A DNA stretch of 64,000 bases, from positions 7,684,587-7,748,586 of the forward strand of contig CM120648.1 of the NCBI GenBank assembly GCA_051362555.1, read 5' to 3'. Positions 10,800 to 22,450 of this stretch are shown in pieces. Numbering within the stretch: position 1 is the first letter of the stretch; each line of letters begins with the position of its first letter. Under the pieces are notes generated by a model. It saw only the letters and a list, made by a program, of their open reading frames with translations. It was not told the origin of the DNA and made no database searches. This stretch comes from Lingula anatina. Taxonomy: Eukaryota; Animalia; Brachiopoda. Position numbers and translations under genes: made by a program.

Positions 10800-12733
10800 G
10801 TCAGTGCCACAATAGAAGCAACATTCTGCTTTAAAACTGATTTTGGTGTAGCCATTGTGCAGCCCTTATAGTGGTATCGGGCATACAGTGTAGCTGTCAA
10901 ATTTGGCACACGGCAAGCACGTGTATTGCACACGTGTGCATCTCAGGACTAAATGTTCTTGGATATATCTTTTCTTTTTGAAGAATATTATTTATTTTTT
11001 CACTTTACATCTTAAATTCAGCAAATAAAATTAAATAAAGCAGAATTAAATCTGTTTTACGTTTCATTTTGGTCTGATGACATTCAACTGCAGATTCACT
11101 GCGGAGCAGTTCTATTTGATTGATGGAAGTGTAACATGGCCGCTGGTCACTAGAGCCGGTATTGTTGATATGGGTTATATATGAAATCAAGATCGAGCTG
11201 GCAATACCGGAATCTAGAACCTAGGGTAATAACAAGAAGCAGAGCTGGAAATAACATTTTATATCATTCTCATCCACACATTGGCAGCTACCTTAGTTTT
11301 TATAATAGAAACTCACTCAAAACAATACTGGGGCGTGAACTTGGTATTTCATATGCTGCATAAATGGTCTACAAAATGGAGACTTCTGATAGCACAAAAG
11401 GTTTTCAGGAAAGTGACAATATCCCGAGGCAAATATTTGATATGGAAAATGCAAAAGAGAAGGCAAAGGGACTAGAGTGAGATAAAAAGCATTTGTCATG
11501 TTTACATTAAATGACAGACAGACTATTTATGGTATTGATATTTCATTTGTCAAATTATCTGTGGGAAATGTGATTCTGCTTTAAAAATGTATACTCATGA
11601 CGTTTTGATAGAAAAACTCCATCGCTTTGTGCCTATTCATCACTGATAAATGAGAGGTTTGTGACTTATGAAACATAAATCATAACACTGAGACTGGGGG
11701 GAGCTGTTTTCGAAAGGAAATGGATACATCCTTCACTGTTCAAAATTCCTATAAATTTGATGACATATTTGTTCAGCAATATTGCATTGATGCATCCTAT
11801 CCATAAGTATGTGTCTAGACGTTATCTAGAGACTTTGAAAAAAAAGTATTTTTTTTTTCGCTGCTAAAAAATTGCATCCTTTCTCATTCCTCCTAAAATG
11901 AATTATGCGACCGTTTTATGAGGTATGTCTGAAAAATGGAAATAATGTATATATTGATAAGAAAACCAGTCTATCATACAGTTGAATTTGATAACTGAAC
12001 GGGAACGGGAAGGACCACATTCTCTTCAGCTGCCATATAGATAATGATATTATACAGTCACTAGTTTTAGCTGTTGAGCATTGGCAAACAAATTATGGGA
12101 AGTATATAAATTCTACCTGTCAATGAAAAAAAAAAAAATGAATAGAAAAGGGTGTCTGAATAGGAAGAGCAGACTGTATGTAGGATTTGCACTGTAGGTG
12201 GCACTACACAGCATGACGCTCCTTGCACCTGGGCTAGCACCTGTGTTCTCAGCATGATGAGCTGTAACACTGTTCTAATATGGCAGTATTATTAGCAGAA
12301 AAATCATGAGTAATTACACTAATAGGGAAGGAAAACTGTGAGATGAGGTTTCAGTATTAGATGCCCTGGTTGCTGATATAGATAAGGCTTTGTATTTTGA
12401 GGGTGTCATTTTTTGCCACATGAAAATTATTCTGGAAGAAGGGAGACTGAAATACGAGATACTTAAGATTAAGATATTTCATATATTTTTGCTGCCAAAT
12501 CACACTAACAATCAAAAATGAAGATCATGTACATCGAGTCATTTGGAGGAAATTGCATATGAGAAAAGGATTTTTCTCTCAGTCCTTTTATATTGCACAA
12601 AGGATTGTAGGATGTGATATTACAAGGTTGCTCTGATAAGAGGCAATTTGCTCAGGCCTTTATTCTTGGACGATGCTGTATACAGTCTTTATAATGACTA
12701 TGTGCTCATGGCTGCATCTGCTACGATTTCCAG

Positions 12734-12819
12734 GAAATATGTACAGAAGAGGTGCACGCAGATGGCGGAAGCTGTATCGTGTCAACGGCCATCTTTTCCA
12801 GGCCAAGAGATTCAGTAGA
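12734..12819 (+). CDS. aPKC: aPKC exon, pseudosubstrate and start of C1 ([29 protein letters not shown])
   Basis: tttccag| and |gtaagt; 86 nt; [11 protein letters not shown] is the diagnostic aPKC pseudosubstrate. Confidence 0.98.
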
Positions 12820-13300
12820 GTAAGTAGGCCAAAATTGAGAAAAAAAATAGTTGTTTATAGTTATTATTATTATAAATACAATTGTTTTTGCATGTCCAAA
12901 AGAGCTAATAACGATTGCAGCTAACTGTGCATAATTATAAAGTGGTGCGGTTTTATTGTGTCAGTATATATGTATATGTATTTCAGGTAATCCTGTCTGT
13001 CAGCAGGGTACATACTAGCAAAAATTGACAGATCTAAGCATTCATTCATTTATATGTCAGTTTGTATCAATCAAATTAAAAGTTAATATAAATATTACAA
13101 ATTTTGTACACATTTTATATGTAATATGTTGTGAATTTTTCTTTATATATTGATCCATTCATTCATTCAGCAATCCGTCCATAAACTCATTTATTTATTC
13201 ATTTATTCATTCATTTATTTTTTCATTGTGTCTGTTGTATGTGTAAGGATAGAAATTTTATGTTTTCCAATTTGTGAAACGGTTGTCCTATATATTTCAG

Positions 13301-13432
13301 CGGGCATTCTGTGCATACTGCTCCGACAGAATATGGGGTCTGGGTCGCCAGGGTTACAAGTGTATCACATGTAAACTGCTCGTTCATAAGAAATGCCACA
13401 AACTAGTCCAGATTACCTGTCAAGCACAGTTG
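13301..13432 (+). CDS. aPKC: aPKC exon, atypical C1 domain ([44 protein letters not shown])
   Basis: atttcag| and |gtaatt; 132 nt; C1 Cys/His pattern. Confidence 0.96.
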
Positions 13433-14076
13433 GTAATTATTGCACTCTCACTGTCTGTCACATTCAGTACTATCACACCTAACACAATTGCAGAGCAGTT
13501 TAATGATAATATTAGATAATTGTCTTCTTTAAACCTTGCTACACATACTTCTCAGTGCTGCTTAGCCTTACAGAATTTATATCAATACATTTTATGACTA
13601 GTAAGTCTAAAACTAAAAAAATTCATATCTATAAAACAGAAATGAAAGCTTAAAGAGATGAATTAGCAATGTTATTTTTGAAGTGAAAAGGTTTGTAAAA
13701 TTTCTCTTAAATTGCACTTAAGATTTAACTAATAGTTTTCTAAACAACAACTAAACTCATTATTTTCACCACTGTTATAAGTTGAAATTCCTGGCACAGC
13801 TGATGAATATCTTTTGGTGGACTTTCTCTCCCAAAATTTGAATTTTGCTAAATAAATTATAATATTGCACGATTGCAATTTCCGTATCAGTCATAGATAA
13901 GTGCATAGAAAACTGAATGGCACGCTTTAACCTCTTCAAAGTATTATAAATAAAAGACCCAAGAAGTTTTGCTCAGTCATATTTAAAACCATTAGTCTTC
14001 AGAACCAGATCAGTAATTCCTTACAACATGTCACATATCATGCATATTACAACAGGCTGCACAACCTTCATTCTAG

Positions 14077-14205
14077 GAACACACAATCCGACCTTTGACC
14101 TCATCCTCGTCACTTCCACCTATGCCAGGTCACAATGGCACAGAGGCGACACCTAGGGGCCATTCTCCAAGTAAATCCATGGATGATGCTTCTGAAGCAC
14201 CAGAG
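14077..14205 (+). CDS. aPKC: aPKC hinge exon (EHTIRPLTSSSSLPPMPGHNGTEATPRGHSPSKSMDDASEAPE)
   Basis: ttcattctag| and GAG|gtaggt; 129 nt; open phase 0-0; GC-richer than its flanks; Pro/Ser-rich as expected for a hinge. Confidence 0.8.
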
Positions 14206-14679
14206 GTAGGTTAAGGGAAAGATGGAATTCTCTAGAAAAATATTATCTTTTGAATAAAGTAGATGAGATTCTTTTCTAGTGAAGCTTTTAATTTTGCCTT
14301 GCATCAACAACTATTAATCTATACTCTCTTAGAAAGTAACACTGTTTTCTTAGAACAAGTTAATATATCTTTTGCACATTAGAAATGAATCTAACTTACA
14401 GCTAGAACACATCTAGAACAATTTGTATTTAAAGCAGGCAATGTTTTTACATAAATTTACATATTTCTGTGTGGCATTGCCATCGATAAAGGAACAGTTT
14501 AGAAAATAAATTGATTTTGGTGTTATACGTGTAACTTTTTGGGAACATTTCAATTCACTGATGTTTTGTGCATGAGCATGGAAATTTGCTTACCTGGCAG
14601 TCAAGTGCTTCACATTTTCTGAACCCATTGTATATGTGTGTGTGGTTGGTGTCAGTGCCATAGTTGTTTTTAGCTTCAA

Positions 14680-14835
14680 ATAACACAATGCGGGAGACTG
14701 TCACACCTAACACATTTCCAGAGAATGTCACACCTAACACAATTTCGGGAAATGTCACACTCATCACAATCATGTTAATGAGACAGTGAGCACAATCAAG
14801 GGTTAAACCTATCACAATCCAGGAAAAAATCACAA
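14680..14835 (+). repeat. Degenerate ~27-bp tandem repeat (tgtcacacctaacacaatttc…)
   Basis: Copies at 14701, 14728 and 14755 plus decayed flanks. Confidence 0.8.
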
Positions 14836-15595
14836 CCATTGCCATAATGGCAACTACCCCACACTTGTGTGGCTTATATCTGATACCATTTCGTAGTGCT
14901 TGGTTTGCCTGGTTCTCTCAGTACACTTATTGCAGTCCATTTTCGTACCTTTTTGCTTTTCATAAACGTTGAGTTTGAATTGTTTATGAGGCAAAAGTGT
15001 TTAGTTCTTCGCAAAGATTTAAAATAGAATCTCAAATGTGTGAGGCTCACTTTTCTTTGTATTAGCTTTTTATCTTAGTGTTGGGCTACATGTTTTGTCT
15101 ACAGTGAAAAGACTATACCAGCATGATAAAAAATACCCTTCTGCACAACCTTACATACCATGTCATGCATGAAGGTCTGTTGAATCATCTTTGAGCTCTT
15201 TGCCTAACTCTTTCTAAGTGTTAAGCATAATGGGCAGATTCAGTTTGTGTGTGTGTGTGTGTGTGTGTTTGGGGGGGGGGGGGGGGGGGGTCTGGCGCTG
15301 GTAAAGAGCCCCATGCCCTTACTTCACTTGCTTCTGCCAAAAGCATGTGGCTTTTTTCAAGCATGTTTTTTCCTCAATGGATCAGTTGCCATGTGCACTA
15401 CAACAGCATAATACAAGGTGCATGTACTAATAAGCATGTACTAATAATGGTGTGGGTAGTCTGTGCAAAAAAATGCTTTCCTCTCTCCCCCCAGGCTGTT
15501 GACCTCTTTCACCTTTGCTCTTTAACTAGAAAGATAACCAACTTGTTCTTGGTGTAGGAATGATAATTTTCTTACTCTGATATTTATTTCCTTAG

Positions 15596-15643
15596 ACCAC
15601 CAAAGTAGAAACTGTGGAAAATTCAGAATCACTGGAAGATGAG
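15596..15643 (+). CDS. aPKC: aPKC short hinge exon (TTKVETVENSESLEDE), possibly a cassette
   Basis: tttatttccttag| and GAG|gtatca; 48 nt; symmetric phase 0-0; purine-rich; open frame. Confidence 0.7.
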
Positions 15644-16634
15644 GTATCATGCTCCGTAAATATCTGAAATAATCGCTTAATAATGATTTTAATCTGAAGT
15701 GGTCAGATAACTTTGTACTCTGCCTTCCTTAAATTTGCTCTCTTGCAAACTTATATATATGCTTTGACAGGTTTACTTGATTTGTGATATGAAAAGATGT
15801 TTGTTTCATGATTTTACATTAATGAAAAAGTAGTACCCTGCTTTTAAACCAACATAAGATGCAACATCTTTTTTATTATTATTTTTGTTTGTTTTTTATT
15901 TAACACTTACTTGGAGTTGAAAGTTTTTATCAATCAAAAAATGATCACCGTGTAACTTATTAAACCTAATATATTCATTGGTGATTTTATAATAAAGACT
16001 GGATTGGGCACAATTTTGTTCATTGCATATTAAACTTCTGATCAATAATTTTTCATAGCTTTGTGGCATTTCAAATTCATGTTAATTTTCAAAACTAACC
16101 CTATATTTCTTAATTTTTTTCTTTTAAACTTTTGGAAGCATAACATCCTTTTCATTCCCATTTTAAAACATTGAACTAAGTCTAATTCATTTTATTCTAC
16201 TGGCATATATATATATATATATATATATAAGACAAATAACATAAAGCTTTAAAGTGTAACATAATGCTTATTAGGTATTGTTTACATTATTATTATTATT
16301 ATTATTATTGTTATTATTATTGTCTTTACCTATAAAGTCAAGTTCATTCAAATTGAAAGAGAACATGGAGAAGTGTAATTTTTGTCACATTGTCAAATCC
16401 ATTAATGTTGAAAAATTTGGGAGACTGTGGTTATTTCTATAAAAACAATGTGTGCAGCCAAAAGATCTCTCTACAGAATAGTTGAGAATCTCCAAATTTG
16501 TTAAAAAAAAGTCGCACCAAAACAGAACTTTTCAAAGTTGGACTAAGACACACTTGTGCACATTTGCTCTAATGCATTCCTAAATTCCACCAACTTTACT
16601 TTTATACATATATGGTATTTATTATGTGTTTTAG

Positions 16635-16802
16635 ACCACTGCTACAGAGACAGCAACAGGAGCCATCAGCCTAAGAGATTTTGAGTTGCTGCGTGTAATT
16701 GGACGAGGTAGTTATGCCAAAGTCCTCCAGGTGGAGCTGAAGAAAACAAAACGTATCTATGCCATGAAGGTCATCAAGAAAGAGCTGGTCAATGACGATG
16801 AG
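16635..16802 (+). CDS. aPKC: aPKC exon, kinase subdomains I-II (…[46 protein letters not shown])
   Basis: ttttag| and |gtaagg; 168 nt; the GRGSYAKV glycine loop is aPKC-specific. Confidence 0.97.
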
Positions 16803-17350
16803 GTAAGGACCTAAGATTGGTGCTTCATATTCAATTCAAATGAGCTCTTTGTCTATGCACATGTGGAAAAGTGCATCTAGTGCCTTTCACTTCCTCTGTC
16901 ACTGATTCAAAAAGACCGTGGACACACCGAGTAGGTAGTTGGTAAGAGGGGAGATGGGTAGGGAGGAAGTGGTAGAAATACAAGTGGAATAAGAATAGTT
17001 GTTTGTGTTGTCACTCGGCTCTCTGAGATAGACAAAGTGTGATATTTAAAAAAGAAATTGCTCTTCTATCCCACTAGAATTCAGCATATAGGGAAGGACA
17101 TCAACAGGTAAAGGTATTTGATGTGAAAGGGAAACTGGAAAAGATTTATGTGACTTAAATCATTGCTTAAGTGAGGCAAAGGGAGGAGCATATAATTGTT
17201 TAAATAAATTTTGGATTGGCTTTGGTGGTTTGATAGCTGCTTGATGACTGTGAACTATCCTGAACTATATCTGATCGTCACTTTTTATTATATGTACAAA
17301 AAATCTAAAAACGATGTTAAATATAATTTATTAATCTTTTATCACTACAG

Positions 17351-17448
17351 GATATAGACTGGGTCCAAACAGAAAAACATGTATTTGAGACAGCATCCAA
17401 TCATCCTTTCCTTGTGGGACTTCACTCTTGTTTCCAGACTCCTAGCAG
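17351..17448 (+). CDS. aPKC: aPKC exon ([33 protein letters not shown])
   Basis: ctacag| and |gtaaga; 98 nt. Confidence 0.97.
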
Positions 17449-17560
17449 GTAAGAGTTCCAATCTTGTTTCTTGACTCCTTACTGGTAAGAGTTCCACTCT
17501 TGTTTCCAGACACTGAGTAGGTAAAGGGTTTCAGTCTTGTTGTTCTGCTCATTAGTTAAG
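17423..17560 (+). repeat. 36-bp tandem duplication spanning an exon/intron boundary (3 clear copies, 1 decayed)
   Basis: cactcttgtttccagactcctagcaggtaagagttc and variants at 17423, 17459 and 17495. Confidence 0.9.
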
Positions 17561-17969
17561 ATGGGAATCCCATTGTAAAAGTTGAGGTAGACCCTTATCT
17601 ACCATTCTGTTTAGTGAAGTAAGAAAAAAAGGTTACTAAGTGGCATACACTTTCTTGTAATCACTGATTTGATTTTGTACCTTCTAACTAAAAATTGTAA
17701 CATGATCGTTCCATGTATCTTTTGGATAAGTGATACTACATAATATACATAAAAAAAATAATGTTTGACAACAACAACAACAACAATAATAATAATAATA
17801 ATGGTCATGATGATGATAATAAGAATAAAGATTCTCATTATAATGTTTTCTTAATTAAATCACTCATTTTGTTCCACCCACACTCTTTCATCCTAATATG
17901 CTACCCTATTCCCATGCTCTGTTAGGCTGTGTACGTGGTAACCTTGTTAATGATATTCCTGTTTTGCAG

Positions 17970-18106
17970 GCTGTTCTTTGTCATAGAGTTTGTCAATGGT
18001 GGAGATCTGATGTTTCATATGCAGCGACAGAGACGTTTGCCTGAGGAACACGCCAGGTTTTATGCAGCTGAAATTATACTGGGACTCAATTTTCTTCATG
18101 AAAGGG
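17970..18106 (+). CDS. aPKC: aPKC exon ([45 protein letters not shown])
   Basis: gttttgcag| and |gtaatt; 137 nt. Confidence 0.97.
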
Positions 18107-18511
18107 GTAATTTGACATGAAACATATGCAAGTTCCTTTATGTATTGGTTTGGATTTTGTAGAAAATTAGACTTTTTGTAGCAAATGACATTGTGAAGAT
18201 TGAGTGAAGGATAAGGAATTAAAAAGAATTTCATTAAATATAATTTGCTACGCAGTCAACAGTATATTAAGATAATTAATTTATGTTATTTGATTAATGG
18301 TCAGTTTGATGGCTAAAGTGTTTAGAATGAAATAAGTATGTGTTTGTGATATGTTAATTAGATGATTCAGGAACTGTTTGCACTGGTCTAAGCCATATAT
18401 GTCTGATGACCACATACTGTCCTCTTGGACTTTGTAGGTCACATACTCTCCCATACTCTGGAGGTCACATATTGACCTTCTTAAATCTGAAGGTAACGTT
18501 CTGTACTCTGA

Positions 18512-18685
<174 letters not shown>

Positions 18686-19512
18686 TAAAAAAAAAGGCAA
18701 CTTTGATATGAGACACCAAGGAATATTGTTGTTCCTTTCTTAGTATTTCAGTATATTTTTGAAAGCATTTTAGTGCACTCTGTCAGGTGGTAAACTAAGT
18801 GTTCTTTTTTCCCATCACTGGGTAGCATAAATTATTTTATCGAAGATGAAAAGCCTGTTTAGACTAGATATTAATTGTCTATTGTCAATGACAAAAAGTA
18901 ATTTTAATATCTGGTTGCATAGAGTGATATGAATTTGTTTTGATATATCAGTGATCAAATTAAGTGCCCTATGATCTATATACTTTGTATTTTAGATTAT
19001 TTTTATAATGATAAAAATAATGTATATTATTAATTTATTATCAAAATGTTAAAATATCTGCTAATTTTGCTTGATAAAGATGCCATTGCTGAGAGAAGAA
19101 GTCGCTACTGTATTGTATTACAGGCATAGTAGTCTCATTTGCTTGTGTTCTCAGACCGACTTCTGTTTTGGAGATCTCATATTTACAGACATTTTGTATC
19201 ATGGTTTCATCGGAGTGTGTTTGGGCTAACCTCACTTTAAGAATTTTAACATCAAAGCATGATTGGTTTTGAACATTCAGTTTGTGTTTGTGTGATATAC
19301 AGATGTTTTTCAGCATAACCATGATAAAAAATGTGCTTTTACACTTGTTTTGTTAGAAAAGATTTTGATTTGTGTGTACAGAATAACAGTATTTTTGACA
19401 CAAATAATCAAACTTTTGCTTGCTATTGAGAAATATATGCAATCTGGCCTTGAAATGTATACAGGGTGACTGTAATGAAGGGTTTATTTTTTCTATATAT
19501 CGTAAAGTCTTT

Positions 19513-20210
19513 GCCTGTCCCAGTTTATAGCCCACTCCTTCTGGTTACCCCTTGTTCCTGTTTATAGCCCCCTGCTACTGGTCACCACCTGTCCCAGTTT
19601 ATAGCCCACTGCTACTGGTCACCACCTGTTCCAGTTTATAGCCAGATCCTTCTGGTCACCCTTTGTCCCAGTTTATAGCCCACTTCTACTGGTCACCACC
19701 TGTCCCAGTGTATAGCCCATGGCTACTGCTCACTGCCTGTCTCAGTTCATAACCCAAAACTACAGATTACAACCTATCCCAGATTAAAAGCCACTGCTAC
19801 TAGTCACTGCTTGTCCCAGTTCATAGCCAACTGCTACTGGTCACTACCTGTCCCAGTTCATAGCCCATTACTACTAGTCACCACCTGTCCCAGTTTATAG
19901 ACCACTGGTACTGGTCACCACCTGTCCCACTTAAGTGCCCACTGTTAATGGTCACCACATGTTCTAGTTTATATCCCCCTGCTACTGGTCACCACCTGTC
20001 CCAGTTTAGTGCCCACTGTTAATTGTCACTGCTTGTTGTAGTTTATAGCCCATTGCTACCTGTCATCATCTGTCCTAGTTTATAGCCCATTGCTACTGGT
20101 CACCACTTGTCCCAGTTTAGTGCCCACTGTTAATGGTCACCATCTGTCCCAGTTTATAGCCCATTGCTACTGGTCACCACCTGACATGGTAATATAGCCA
20201 ACTGCTTCTA
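19513..20210. repeat. Minisatellite, 37-bp unit x ~18-19 (cctgtcccagtttatagcccactgctactggtcacca)
   Basis: Direct reading; diverged copies, with a gtttagtgcccactgttaat subvariant. Confidence 0.95.
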
Positions 20211-20260
20211 GCATGCTTTGTATATGGCATGTAAATGCATTTTGCATGGCTTCTTTTCAG

Positions 20261-20348
20261 GAGGGTATCCGGCCAGGAGATAGTACAAGCACGTTTTGTG
20301 GCACACCTAATTACATCGCCCCAGAAATGTTGAGAGGGGAAGATTATG
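20261..20348 (+). CDS. aPKC: aPKC activation-loop exon, variant A ([29 protein letters not shown])
   Basis: ttcttttcag| and G|gtttgt; 88 nt; phase 0-1. Confidence 0.95.
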
Positions 20349-20721
20349 GTTTGTATTGTTACCATGCATTGATGATTGAGGAGATGGGAGTTTGAACTGT
20401 AGGTGGGGCTGGTTGTCAAGACATTTTTGTGATGGAAAGGTTTTTTAAATTCTGGATGAAAAGTTGTGAATGTAAGCAATGTAAAAGTTATGTTGCTAAT
20501 TTGAATTATCAGCCAAGTGGAAAGGAAAAAAAAGGAGATGGAAATTTAAAATGTTTGTAAGACAATTTAGCTCCCTTACAGTTCAACTGCTTTATCTCCT
20601 CAAAGATTCTTTTGGATGTTTTCTTTTTTTCTTTTTATTTATTTATTTATTTATTATTTCCATTTGTCTTCTTTTTTATTTTTACTTTCACTGTAGGCAC
20701 ATATCGATGCTTGCATTGTAG

Positions 20722-20809
20722 GAAGGTCTGTACCCGGGAGAAACCACTTCCACGTTCTGTGGGACTCCTAATTACATAGCTCCAGAAATATTACGTGGAG
20801 AAGACTACG
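20722..20809 (+). CDS. aPKC: aPKC activation-loop exon, variant B ([29 protein letters not shown]), probably mutually exclusive with A
   Basis: cattgtag| and G|gtagta; 88 nt; same phases as A; 24/29 aa identical to A. Too short to appear in the ORF track. Confidence 0.88.
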
Positions 20810-21970
20810 GTAGTAGATGAATGAAAAAATATATTGAGAAAAAACATCTTGCCGTGTGCTCTTGCTGCTTGGTTTCCTTGAAATATTTTAATCAGTTCTT
20901 GAGTATAGCATGCAAACAGATGGTTAATCAGAGAAGTGAATATTCTGTATATTGACATAATAAGAAATCGAATGCCTTTTTATGTGCTCTTGTTGCTTGA
21001 TTTTCTCAAAATGTGTACTCAAAATTGAGATTTGGCATGACAAAATAGTGGTATGCTTCAGGTACATGAAAATTAAAATAGGAAAGATTAGTCAATCCAA
21101 ATTACTTTCCTGTATTTTTTAACTACATTCTTTCTGTAAATAATTGCACGAATTAAAATTGTTTCTTGATCAAATTCAAGCAAATGTTCTCTTTTATAAA
21201 AAAAATACAGGATTATATGAAGCAAATGCTTTTAAAATTGAAAATGAAAAAAAATTGTACTTGTTTGCAGTGATATTAACTATTGCTACTCACAGTTTGA
21301 TGATGTCAGGGTACGCGTTTTTATAAGTTACTTAATGTCAAGTACTGCATCAGGGCATAAATATTGTCTGTGACTTTGCTGTAATGGCATGGGGTAAGAG
21401 ATGAAGTTGTCAATGAATTCGCCTGTTAGAAGATTACACAAGATATTTTTCAAAGCATTGCCAGATGGTTCTCCAATTCGAGTATTGTTGAAAGTGAATT
21501 TTTTTATCATTCTGCATCAGAATGTTTCTTTATTGTCTTTCATTTTGAAGTTAGCCTTCAGAATTTCATGTTATTTGCTTTTTATACCTGCTGTTGTTTT
21601 GTGCAAGTTTTTATCCACCTTTGTTTGCTTTGTTTTGTTTATTGCTTTACATTTAATTTATGTGAATGAACGTAATATAAATTGATAACTCTGTCTCTGT
21701 TATACTTATAGTAATATGGTTTATTTTTTCTACATTTATTTCCCCTTTTGTGCTATATAAGAAGAGCAAAGGAAAATTGCTGTTGTTGATTTATGTGTAT
21801 TTTTAAGTTTCTCACAATTAAGTGAAAAATACTATGTTTTTGGAAAAAGATTATTATGTAAAAAAAAAGATTATTTATTAAGAATTAATTTGGATATGAT
21901 GTCTTTTTAAATAAATTAGTATATTAAAGTGAAAAAAAAACAAAATCAGTGAAATGTCGTCTGCTTTCAG

Positions 21971-22096
21971 ATTTCAGCGTAGATTGGTGGGCCCTCGGTG
22001 TTCTTATGTACGAGATGATGGCAGGAAGGTCACCGTTTGATATTGTAGGGGGTGCTGAAAACCCAGACCAAAATACTGAAGATTATTTATTCCAAG
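21971..22096 (+). CDS. aPKC: aPKC exon ([42 protein letters not shown])
   Basis: ctttcag| and |gtatgg; 126 nt. Confidence 0.97.
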
Positions 22097-22370
22097 GTAT
22101 GGATGCAAAAGATGACCGAGTTTTCCCAAATATATGACATAAAATGTGTCTTTCCTCATCCAGCTTATAGATGCGTTGCTGTGGTCTGGATTCCAACCAT
22201 ATCTACACTGTATTAAAAGGCCAATTTATAGGTTTCACTAAACTGTGCAGAAAATGGAATATCTTCAAGGTTGAATTTAATTTGGTGTTAAAAAAGTGGA
22301 ATTAGCAGAAAGTATCTTAGTTTGCATGTTTGGTAAGTCATTTACCTAATGCGACTTCTCTTTATTTCAG

Positions 22371-22450
22371 TCATCCTGGAGAAGACTATCCGTATCCCCA
22401 GGTCTTTGTCTGTGAAAGCTGCGTCAGTACTGAAAGGATTCCTGAATAAG
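22371..22450 (+). CDS. aPKC: aPKC exon ([27 protein letters not shown])
   Basis: tttatttcag| and |gtaata; 80 nt. Confidence 0.97.

Noticed and set aside
10310-10933. 151-aa (+) and 128-aa (-) ORFs
   Set aside because: GTG starts and no recognisable domain; explained by the locally higher GC of the regulatory patch.
19513-20210. CRISPR-like periodicity (37-bp repeats)
   Set aside because: Head-to-tail units with no unique spacers, no cas genes, and located in a eukaryotic intron.
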